Shown piece after piece: positions 12,400 to 23,169 of a stretch of 64,000 nucleotides of DNA (its first letter is position 1; every line of letters starts with the position of its first letter). Below the pieces are notes generated by a model that saw only the letters and a list, made by a program, of their open reading frames with translations, did not search any database and was not told the origin of the DNA. The translations under genes were made by a program, and so were the position numbers. The DNA comes from Azolla caroliniana (Eukaryota > Plantae > Polypodiophyta): positions 20,460,001 to 20,524,000 of the forward strand of contig JBHGNT010000008.1 of the NCBI GenBank assembly GCA_043228905.1. Direction: 5' to 3'.

Positions 12400-13000
12400 T
12401 GTTGCCAAACCATTTCGTCATTTCTCTCCACAAAGACGAACAAATCCTTCCACTTGCCTTTAAAGGGGGGTTGTTGTTTCAGAAAATTCGTATCGTAATT
12501 ACTAGTGTGAGGGAGTCATATTGACCTTTTAAAATTGAAATAAGCATCGACCAGATTTGCTTCACACAATCAACCAGATTTTGCGTTATTCTCAAAAAGC
12601 ACATTTTTGCATCGATCTATCCAAATATTCCACTGAACCACCGATGATATCGTAGCCCATACTGTGACAACCACATTCAATCGATTTGAGCTTGAATATG
12701 GTACGTCCTTAACTTGCCTTCCCCTAGTTTGAAGGGTAAATTATAGTATCTTTTCCCTTTCATAATTATGCTTATCCACATTTACATCCACCCAAAAGAC
12801 ATCTCCCCATGTAATCACATTAGGTTCATATGCAACATCAATGAGGCGCAACATACGTTTCCAAACAGAACATGCAACCATATAGTTCCATCATGCATGT
12901 TGCATTGATTCCAAATGAAACCCACAAAAAGAGCAAGTTTTGATTCACTCTTCCCTATGCATTCATTCCAAGACTCAAAGTGCACTGAGTGCATGTCTTT
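12400..13000 (-). mobile_element. Degenerate LINE 3' remnant (zf-RVT-like region)
   Basis: Minus-strand translation CSFCGFHLESMQHA*WNYMVACSVWKRMLRL...TWGDVFW; similar to the peptide at 63667-63906. Confidence 0.5.
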
Positions 13001-13655
13001 TCATATTGTTTGATATCATTAGCATAACTCACAAGTGCTAATATCAAAACATACTTATCACACTTGAACTAGAGAAACTTTAGACTTCACATTATCTAGC
13101 AGAACATCTAAATCGCATGAACTTTCATCTCATTAACTCTCTCAACACATTCATGAGTTTCTTCGTTTATGTTCTGTATATAACATCAATCTTAATTATG
13201 TTTTCCTATGCATCAACAGTCTACATACACATACACTACATTTCTAACCTTACCTCAATGTAATGAGGCTCCCTCTATTAGCAATAGTGTTTATGCTTCA
13301 TCAATTTTGAGCTTCTTCTAAACCCTCTTTTAGACTTGCATAATCAATCATGAAGTCGTTAGTTATGATGTCAATTTAGTTCGGAAAAGGCTTCCCATTC
13401 CAGAAAATGAGTTTAGTATGAAGAACTAGAGGATACAAGTCTAAGTAATGGATGAAGTTAGGTCTTATTTTGTGTGTATGTGTGTGTATAATAAGAGGTG
13501 AATAGAGAGAGATGGACAATCATACACCAAAGGAAATAAATAATATGAAGCGAGATGGGGATGATGGAGAATGAACGCGATATCTAACGTATCCACTTCA
13601 TTCAATGCAAACACATCTACCAATCACAAAGTTAATGGCTTGATTTAACAAGCAC

Positions 13656-14656
13656 TTATCCTAAGATGTATGGCTTCCTCTTTCTTTTTACGAGATCCAC
13701 AAGGAGATTGTGGAACTCCTTCGCGATTCCGAGCAATTCTCGAAGGGAAAATTCAACTCGACTATCAAGGATTCTCTCTTCGAACACATTCTTTAGGTCT
13801 GTTTGTTGTTTGATGTCCAAGGCGAGTTTGAATTCTAGAATCGTTTTCCCTTTTCCCTTCCCTTCGGAGTTCCAGCTCTTCGGTGTCTTCGATGGTCCAG
13901 CCGCATCATCTATGTGCCGTTGCTCCTCATCAATGTAGACCTCATACAGTTGACATAAGGCGTATACACTAAATTTATCTATTGGGCATTCCCATCCTGT
14001 AGCTTCCCGGATGCCTTCTATAGTGGTCCGGTTTTCATCAGAGTTAGTTTTCTCCGAGATTTCTAGCACCTCCAGCCAGAAACATGCCTTTGCTCTAGAT
14101 GTTTGACCCACATGTATTCCCTCGGTTGTCGCATAATTGCTTTCTGCCATTATCTCCTCCTCTAGGACCTTCTTCATGCCGCCTTATTGGAAGAAGTTTG
14201 GCTGGAGTGTCTTCCGAGAGTCCATCGAATGGATTCGATTTCCCTCATAGTAGATGAGATCTTGCCGTAGAGCCTCCTTGTGCTCATCACAATCCTTCTA
14301 ATAATGTTCGGTGCTATTGCACCATATGCACCGACAATCGATATACTTGGAGTTTGTGGAACGGTCTTCCCATTTCTTCGCTATGGCAATTTTGAGATTC
14401 TCAATCTCCTTTAGCAATTGCTCCACCACGGTTACATCTATTCCCTTCTCGGTCGTAGTCTCTCAAGCTTGTGATTGGTGGTTGTCTACTACGAATCTCC
14501 GACTCAACGGCAGTTCCGTAGTCCTCTTCTCTTTATAACCAAGCCAATGCCCACTCTTTGTATATGGAACAACAATGTCCCACACATTTTCTCATGTATT
14601 GATGAGGCCACTCTCAATAGTCGTATCCTCTAGAGGCACTCCAACATCTTTCCGGT
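13656..14656 (-). pseudogene. Gypsy gag fragment homologous to the ORF at 21169-23169
   Basis: CIWCNSTEH..KDC zinc knuckle, LIYYEGNRIHS and GGMKKVLEE align with CMWCDSIDHQKKDC, IYYQDGKIHS and GGMKKLMED. Confidence 0.75.
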
Positions 14657-15156
14657 TGTCATAGAAGTTAATATCCTATGACACATATTCTTATATAGTT
14701 AAGACTTGACCTATTTCCCAAGAGGCAACTCTAGTGAGAGAACCTAGAGAGAAGGTGATAGCATAAGCACCTCTTCCTTCTCTTTGTAAATGTTTGTTCA
14801 TTCTTGCTCCTAGTTAATACAGTTTTACTGCTTTTCTGTAACTCCCAAGTTTTCTCTCTCTCCACACACATGCACACACAGTTCTTCCGTTGCACATAGT
14901 CATCACTGATTCTTTACATGGTATCAGAGCGCTTAGTAGCTTGATCCAAGCCCATTGCCTTTACCTATGTTGTGCCCAAGCGCGTGTTCGGAAAGAACCA
15001 ATTGATCGCTGTAGTAGCAATCTGCACAGTTCATATCAAAGAGAAGAAGAAGAAGAAGAAACTTGACATGAAAACTCAAATGGGAAGCACTGTTCCTACC
15101 AAGAAGCTCGACAAAAATAACCTTGCATCTTTGGAATACAAGATGTACCAATCCAT

Positions 15157-16026
15157 TGTCGGCCAAGGCTATTGGAGTTATGTCGAAGGAGCAAATGAAA
15201 CTCAACGCAACCCAACACATGCTGACTATCCAGCTTGGGAGTAAGTGGCGAGTCATGTGTTGTACAACCTTGCATCATGCGACCATGATCACATGATCAG
15301 TTACATATGAGAGGCCAAAATGTTGGCCGAGGCATGGGGGAACCTCAAGAAGATTTTCACGGCCAACACGACTACAAGAAAGCTTCAACTCCATCAAGAA
15401 TTGAATGGTATACAATAGAGGGACATGTCAATCGGCAACTCTACCTTGTTGGCCAAGGCTATTGGAGTTATGTCGAAGGAGCAAATGAAACTCAACGCAA
15501 CCCAACACATGCTGACTATCCAGCTTGGGAGTAAGTGGCGAGTCATGTGTTGTACAACCTTGCATCATGCGACCATGATCACATGATCAGTTACATATGA
15601 GAGGCCAAAATGTTGGCCGAGGCATGGGGGAACCTCAAGAAGATTTTCACGGCCAACACGACTACAAGAAAGCTTCAACTCCATCAAGAATTGAATGGTA
15701 TACAATAGAGGGACATGTCAATCGGCAACTCTACCTTGTCGGCCAAGGCTATTGGAGTTATGTCGAAGGAGCAAATGAAACTCAACGCAACCCAACACAT
15801 GCTGACTATCCAGCTTGGGAGTAAGTGGCGAGTCATGTGTTGTACAACCTTGCATCATGCGACTATGATCACATGATCAGTTACATATGAGAGGCCAAAA
15901 TGTTGGTCGAGGCATGGGGGAACCTCAAGAAGATTTTCACGGCCAACACGACTACAAGAAAGCTTCAACTCCATCAAGAATTGAATGGTATACAATAGAG
16001 GGACATGTCAATCGGAAACTCTACCT
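15157..16026 (+). repeat. Three near-identical 290-bp tandem copies within Copia gag
   Basis: Units start at 15157, 15447 and 15737; ORFs 15307 and 15597 are identical. Confidence 0.95.
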
Positions 16027-19000
16027 TGAAGATCAATCTGGAGCTATGCGATGCCCTCGGGTTGATCAATGTTAACATTGACAACAAGGAAATGGTGCAG
16101 ATTTGCCTTGGACGCTTAGCACCTTGGTTTGGAGCCATTCGGTCGACAATCCTCATGAGGGAGAATCCTTCCTCCTTCAATCTCCAATCAATGTTGCTGG
16201 TCTAGGAGAATCATATTCGAACAAGAAGCAATGTGCATGAAGGACACATGCTCCAGTCAAACTTCGATGGAGGAAGAGGACAAGGTCGTGGAAGAAGAGG
16301 CTGATTCAGCCAATGCTGACACAACCAAGAGCAACCCCAAGAACATAACTTCTATTAATGACAAGGTGTTTCGAACGTGTGAGGTGGAGCGTCCGAAAGA
16401 AGGGGGAGCAAGCATGTCGGACCTAGCCGACAAAACAATTCCGCCTAGTGTGGGTATTGTGGTGAATTCGTCCACAATGAGGCAGAGTGTCATAAAAAGA
16501 AGAGTGAGTCGGCCTCCACATCCGACAACTCACCAACTATGCCTCAAACTCTGACTTCAATGATTGTGGCCGAATGTTCATGATGCGGCACATAGTGAAT
16601 TCGATGATGACATCATGTCCGACAAGCACCTCCAACTCGGAAAATGTATGGTTCGTCGATTCAGGTGGATCCAATCACATGACGTTGCATGAAGACTGGT
16701 TTCCAAAGCTGAGAAAGCTTGAATGACCCGGATATGTGGAAACTGGGGATGCCACAATTCACCCCATTCAACATCCCGAAACGTCCCTTTCGGGGAAGAA
16801 GGGAATCTGACCTACATCAAGCATGTCTTGCATGTTCCAACTATAACGAAGAATCCGGTCTCAGTCGGTCAGATAGTGGAACAAGGCATGCAAGTTCGAT
16901 TCAATGTCAGTGGTTGCTTCATCGCAAAGGAAGCCCGAATTATTACTCGCGATCGAAGAGAAGGCCGAATGTTCCTCTTCAACTCTTCGGAGATCAAATC
17001 AGCAATGCATGCCAAGGGCCGAAAGGCCGACACTGACCTAGAGGTGTGGCACAAACAAATAGGCCACATTAACCTCCAAAAGCTCAAAGCAATGCAGTCG
17101 AAAGGAGTTGTCATTGGACTCCTGACTTTTACCGAAAAGGAGAGTGCAGGCGCATGTGAAGCCTGCCAGTTCGACAAACAACATCGTCAACCGTTCCCGA
17201 AAGAGAGCATAGTGAGCAAAGGGATCATGGATGTAATACATTCAGATGTATGGGGACCATCCCAAACGGAAACATTTGGAGGTTGCCGAAAGAATCGATG
17301 GTGATTCTTGTGTAGCGGAATAGACTAGAGATATGCGTTGTGAGTGTGTGTGTGTATGAGAGAGAGAGAGAGTGTGAGAGAGAAACACAAGATAGATTAG
17401 AGAGACAATAGAATACTCAAGAAGTTGTATATTACAAAGGAGATTAATCAACTTAATTACAAAGTAGGAGGAGAGTGCTTTATATAGTCACTCTCTCTCT
17501 TCATTAACTACCGAAGCTCATGGGTCATGGGGAATGTGAAAACTCATTAGTTATGTGTCATAGAATATGATTCTATGACACATAGTTAATGTGTAGATAA
17601 GAGTAGTGACTTTTGACCTTTAAGTGCACACTCTCAAGGGTGTGTTCACACACTAGACTAGGTTGAGCTTGATTCTCAACACGCCCCCTCAAGCTCAACT
17701 TTGGTCGGCTACTTCGGTTGATGTCTGCTTCGGCTCATATCCACTTCGAACGGTATCCGGTTTTCACTTGTACTCCCCCTCAAGCTTGGCAAGTCAAAGA
17801 CCGTCAATCCAAGGTCTGACCGGAATTGCCGAAGCTTGTCAGCTCGTAGGGCTTTGGCGAAGATGTCGGCTATTTGAAGATTTGTGGTGATATGTTGAAG
17901 GTCGACATCACCAGCCTGAACACGCTCTCGAATGAAGTGATAGTGCACTTCGATATGCTTCCTGCGTGCGTGGAACACCGGGTTCCAAGCCAGATAAATA
18001 TTGCTCATGTTGTCACAGTAAAGGAGAATTGGATCTTTGATGGGAATGCCCATATCCTTTAATATCCTCTTGAGTCATACGGTTTCACATGCAGCCATCG
18101 CCGCGCCCCTGTATTCGGCCTCTGTGCTCGAAAGAGAGATGGTTGGTTGCTTCGTGCTACTCCAGGAGATGGCTCCACTTCCGAGGGAGAAGATGAAACT
18201 TGAGGTTGATCGTCGATCGGCTTTGTAGCCTGCCCAGTCGGCATCTGTGTACCCCTGGAGTTGAATTGGCGTGGCCGACTTATAGAGAATGCCATAGTCC
18301 ATCGTTCCGCTCACGTATCGTAGCATTCTCTTAGCACAATCCAAATGGATATCTCATGGCGTTTGCATGAACCGGCTAAGAAGGCCGACCGGATAGTTCA
18401 GGTCTGGTCGAGTGATCGTGAGGTAGATAAGACTACCGATCAGTTGTCGATACTGAGTTGGATCACACTCTGTGGTGCCAGAATTGGCATCGAGTTTGAG
18501 GTTTCGGTCGAGAGGTGTTGCCACAGACTTGCACTTAGTCATCCCGAACTTGTATAACAAGTTGAGAATGTAGCGCCGTTGGGAGATCATAATCCCGGCT
18601 GGAGTCCGAATTACCTTGATGCCAAGGAAGTAGTGGAGCTCTTTCATTTCCGTCATCTCGAATTTGCTGGAGAGGAGGGACTTGACCTTGTTAATGTCGA
18701 CTAGATGCTCACCTCCAATGACCAGATCATCCACGTATAGGATAATGACGATCGAACTTTCGGAATTGCTTCTTACATATAGAGAATTGTCGGATTTTGA
18801 CATTCGGAAACCAATTCAATGAAGATATTGTGTTATCTTCGAGTGCCAAGCACGTGGTGCTTGCTTAAGGCCGTAGAGAGGCTTCTTGAGTTGGCAGACG
18901 TCTTTCGGATGAATGCTGGATTCGAAGCCGGGTGGTTGTACCATGTACACCTCCTCTTCTAATTCGCCTTGAAGAAAGCCGTTCTTGACATCCATCTGGT

Positions 19001-20213
19001 GGAGGTGCCATCCTTTCACTGCTGCAAGCGCTATCATGGTTCGCACGGTTGTCACCTTTGCCACCGGGGCAAAGGTCTCTTCATAGTCGACGCCCTATGT
19101 TTATGCGTGGCCCTTTGCTACAAGTCGAGCTTTGTAGCGGTTGACGGAACCATCGGCATTATACTTCACTTTGTATATCCATCTGCAGTCGATTATCTTC
19201 TTGCACGGTGAGTGAGGGACGAGATCCCATGTCCCATTCTTCCTAAGAGCTTGCATCTCCTCGTTCATCGCTTCGACCCATCGCGGATCTTTAGTGGCTT
19301 TGGCAAAGCTCTCTGGTTCTCGAACTGCTGCTACCTTCATCATAAAGGCATAATGGTATGCCATATAGTCGTTGTAGCTGAATCGGCTAACCAGATTCTT
19401 CTCTTGGGTGGAGTGACGAAGTTTCTCATATGCCGATGTGAGTGCTTTCTCAACTCCGAATGACCTCATAAGATGCACATCAAAGCCATCGAACTCACTA
19501 TCGAGTGAATTAGTCGATTCGTTGCCGTCGAAGTGATCGTCTTCATATTCCGGCATTTTGGTCTTCCCTTTGTCCATCTTTGGACTTGGCCGAGATTTAC
19601 TTTGGTTGCTCGGAGGCTCTTGTGGTCCACTCAATCTAGTTGAGATCGAACTCTCTTTGAGTATTGACCTTAGTGTTAGGAAACAGGTCCCTCCGGATGG
19701 GAAGTCAGAAGAACAGTACTGATGAGCAAACTCGGCCGAGGCTGAAACCGGATGAGGAATACCCAGCTATGGAAGACCCGGTGAGAACCGGATGACGAGC
19801 ACCCGGCTACGGAGAGCCAGATGTTGCAGACCCGGTGAGAACCGGATGATGAGTACCCGGCTACGGAGAACCGGATGGTGCAGACCCGGTGAGAACCGGA
19901 TGAGGAGTACCTGGAAATGGAAGACCCGGTGAGAACTGGATGACGAGTACCCGGCAAGCGCCGGATGATGTAGGCCCGGTGAGGAATGCTCACCGGATGA
20001 AGAGACATATTTGTAAATATGTTTCTGAGAGTCCATCGTGGCTATATTTGTAAATAGCCGAAAAGTCATATTAGTATAAATATGACTTAGGGCAAATAGA
20101 GAATAGTGATGTTGTCATTCTTGTTGGTGCAAGACTAGAGAGCGCGTTGTCGTGAAGGATTTGCTTCACGATATAAAAATAAATTTAAATATTGAATTCA
20201 ATAATATTTCAAA

Positions 20214-20715
20214 CACTTGAACCCACAACCTTATAAACCAAGCACAATGTATATACCACTAGGGTAGGCTATTTGTTTTTAGAAATGTTGTCAAGAATGT
20301 GCTTCACTATATAAGAATAAACTTAAATATTGTATTAAGTAAAATTGAGGGACTTGAACCCTCAACCTTGTATATCAAGCACAAACCATACACCACTAAG
20401 CTAGGTTATTTGTTTTAGGGTTATATCCATCATTATACTTATCCCAATACATGGGAGCTCAAATGAGCATGATGGCTATCATGCATCACATGCAATGCAT
20501 GTGCGCCAAATGGCGATCATGCATCAGATGTAACTCATGCATTACATGCATGACATTACCATATGCATGGAAATACTTATAAAAAGAGAGGAAAGGAAAA
20601 CAAAAGGGAATCAAGGAATCAAAAGAGAGTAAAAAAATAATACAATCAATTGAAGAAGATTAGCTCATTGGGTGGAGAACCTCTCGTTTCGAAGTTGAGG
20701 TCGTGAGTTCAAATC
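20214..20715. promoter_or_regulatory. Three tRNA-like Pol III A-box/B-box modules inside the LTR, repeated at 23274-23775
   Basis: Minus 20214-20266 TACCCTAGTGG..GGGTTCAAGT; minus 20349-20403 TAGCTTAGTGG..GGGTTCAAGTCCC; plus 20661-20715 TAGCTCATTGG..GAGTTCAAATC. Confidence 0.6.
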
Positions 20716-21168
20716 AAGGGTCGATAGAGAATGTGTTCAGTTTGCGGTCAAGGATTGTAAAGTTGGTAAAATATTATATTTTTAATATACATCATGTTTA
20801 TATCATATACTCTTGTTCCTTGAATCATACTTTGTCTCAATCTTCTTTCTAGAATCATACTTTGTCTCGATCTTCTTTCTTGAATCATACATTGTCTCTA
20901 TCTTTTATCTATGCTTGTCTCTCTCTCTCCCTCACACATACACACACACATTACTCGTAACTCTTCTTCTTACTATCCTTAACCATTCTATCATCACCAT
21001 ACAAGCCTTATTAAAAGTTAAGTTTCTTCAACTCCCCTTAACCTTAGTCCCCGCGACTTCGCCGCACGAACCACAACTACCCCGACACATTTGGTGAACC
21101 CGACGTGAAGGCGGCGACGAGGAGAAATGGAGGAGCGAATGAGGCTTATGTGTACGATGATGGAATGA

Positions 21169-23169
21169 GTGATGCGGGAACAAGGGATGATGGCAAGCAT
21201 CGACAAAGCCGTCGACAATATTCTCGCACGAGTAGGAATCTTCGAAGGTATAAATTTAACAAGATTTCTGAAGATTTATAATGAAGAAATGCTTAAATGC
21301 GGTGTCGACGAAGCTACAAAAATTAATAGCTTTAGTCGAGTCGCTGCGATTGGGCTACAAGAGAGGATCCAAGAGCTCCAAAGGGAGAATCAGACATGGA
21401 CAACATTCGAAAGGGCATTACTCAATGAATACAACCTCAACGATATGTCAAGGATGACAAGGCGAGCTTTCATGGATTGGGTAGAGTCTAATAAACATTT
21501 AAGTGTTTTGGAAGTATTAAAAGAGTTTTCTGAAAGATTTGAGCAACTAAATGTTAGAGATAGAAATATAATAGTGCCAGATAAAGTAATATTGTTTCTA
21601 CAAGCTACTAATATTAAAGACAGGAAGGACTTGGGAATGCTTTTAGAAGATCAGAATAGTCCAAGTGGACTTACTGAAGATTGGGAGGAGGTGAAAAGGG
21701 CTTGCGCTCATTTCTGTAAAAGGAAGTTATGGTTTATGGAGCTGTCGGAGAGAAATGAAGAAGAAATGGGGAACAAGTCGGGAGAAAAGAAAGTAGAAGA
21801 ATCACTCTTACACGAATTGGTGAAAGGCATGAAAGACTTGTCGATCAAAGTGATGAAGCTAGAATCGGGACAAAGCTCGACTTCATCAAGGCAGGGAGGT
21901 GGAATGGTCCGAAGGTGTATGTGGTGTGATAGTATCGACCATCAAAAGAAAGACTGTCAAGAACATAGGGATTCTCTTAATCATGATAAAATCTATTATC
22001 AAGATGGAAAGATTCACTCGACAAAGACTCAACAACCAATCCAGCTCAACTTCGGGAAAGGTGGAATGAAAAAGCTAATGGAAGATGCCGAGAGAGAAAC
22101 GACTCAAGCGATACAATCTGTGGCAACCTTAGGGTTGCGCGTAGAAGACTCATATGGTGGATCTGGCTTTTGGCAAGATGTGATGGATTATGCAAGAAAA
22201 GGGAAGGTTCGAGTGGATGAATTAAAAAGAGTGGGAGATGAAATACGAAACTTCACTGGATGGAATGATCCAGTAGACTCGCTATCAGCATTCGCCCAAG
22301 TGAATGCACAAGATGTGCTAGTGGAAGAGATGTGGAAGAGAGCTGAGGAAGCTGATTCGACAAAGAGACATGAGACACAAGAACAAGAGAGAAGGGAGAT
22401 GGAAAAGGATGCTCCTGAGTCGAAAGAAGTTGATAAAGTCAAAGGGAAGACAAACCCAACTTTTAAGCTTTCTTCGGACACAGAAGACGTGACAGATTTA
22501 AAACACATCACGGAAGAAGTTATGAGAGTGTGTTCAGCAACACTCGAAGATCTAGATCGTGACACCATCAATGTTGCAAGTGTTAAGAAGATAAATAATA
22601 TTGCAATTCATGAAGGGGATAGGAGTCATTATACAAAGAACCATTGGACTCAAGCAACAACAAAGGCGCCTACAAAAATTGCGGAGCAACAAATTCCTTA
22701 TATTTCTTTGATAGATCATGGATCAAAAATTAACATGATGTCTTCGGAATGTTATGCTCAAGGAAGGTGGCCAATAGATAATAATCATGGGTCGAAGAAA
22801 ATAGTTGCAACAAAGATGACGGAGGATCTATTCGGAGCATGTCCCAGTGTGAAAGTAACAATGGGAGATGTGTCGGTGGATCAAAATTACTATGTGCAAG
22901 ATGGATCAACCTACCCCGTCATCCTTGGTCAATCATACAATAGCGTAGTATGTATGGAAACAAAGGATGGCGAACCATACATCAACGTAGTAAGGATGGA
23001 AACAACTGTGATTGATGATGATTTGACTTTCGTGAGGATCAAGATTCAAGATGGAAGGAAGAGGGGCCAGTTCTTAACCATGACGTCTAACCGTGAAAGA
23101 AACAAAGAATGGTTGAGGGAACATCCAGCTCAAAAACGGAATGAAGAGTTTTTTCAAGATTTTGGATGA
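21169..23169 (+). CDS. Gag (CX2CX4HX4C knuckle) fused to an aspartic-protease-like domain, 666 aa
   Basis: Uninterrupted ORF; CMWCDSIDHQKKDC; SLIDHGSKINMM and YPVILGQ protease-like motifs; no RT or integrase. Confidence 0.85.
   Translation: MMREQGMMASIDKAVDNILARVGIFEGINLTRFLKIYNEEMLKCGVDEATKINSFSRVAAIGLQERIQELQRENQTWTTFERALLNEYNLNDMSRMTRRAFMDWVESNKHLSVLEVLKEFSERFEQLNVRDRNIIVPDKVILFLQATNIKDRKDLGMLLEDQNSPSGLTEDWEEVKRACAHFCKRKLWFMELSERNEEEMGNKSGEKKVEESLLHELVKGMKDLSIKVMKLESGQSSTSSRQGGGMVRRCMWCDSIDHQKKDCQEHRDSLNHDKIYYQDGKIHSTKTQQPIQLNFGKGGMKKLMEDAERETTQAIQSVATLGLRVEDSYGGSGFWQDVMDYARKGKVRVDELKRVGDEIRNFTGWNDPVDSLSAFAQVNAQDVLVEEMWKRAEEADSTKRHETQEQERREMEKDAPESKEVDKVKGKTNPTFKLSSDTEDVTDLKHITEEVMRVCSATLEDLDRDTINVASVKKINNIAIHEGDRSHYTKNHWTQATTKAPTKIAEQQIPYISLIDHGSKINMMSSECYAQGRWPIDNNHGSKKIVATKMTEDLFGACPSVKVTMGDVSVDQNYYVQDGSTYPVILGQSYNSVVCMETKDGEPYINVVRMETTVIDDDLTFVRIKIQDGRKRGQFLTMTSNRERNKEWLREHPAQKRNEEFFQDFG

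Noticed and set aside
20661-20720. Possible functional tRNA gene
   Set aside because: A and B boxes are present but there is no convincing acceptor stem; reported only as a tRNA-like module.
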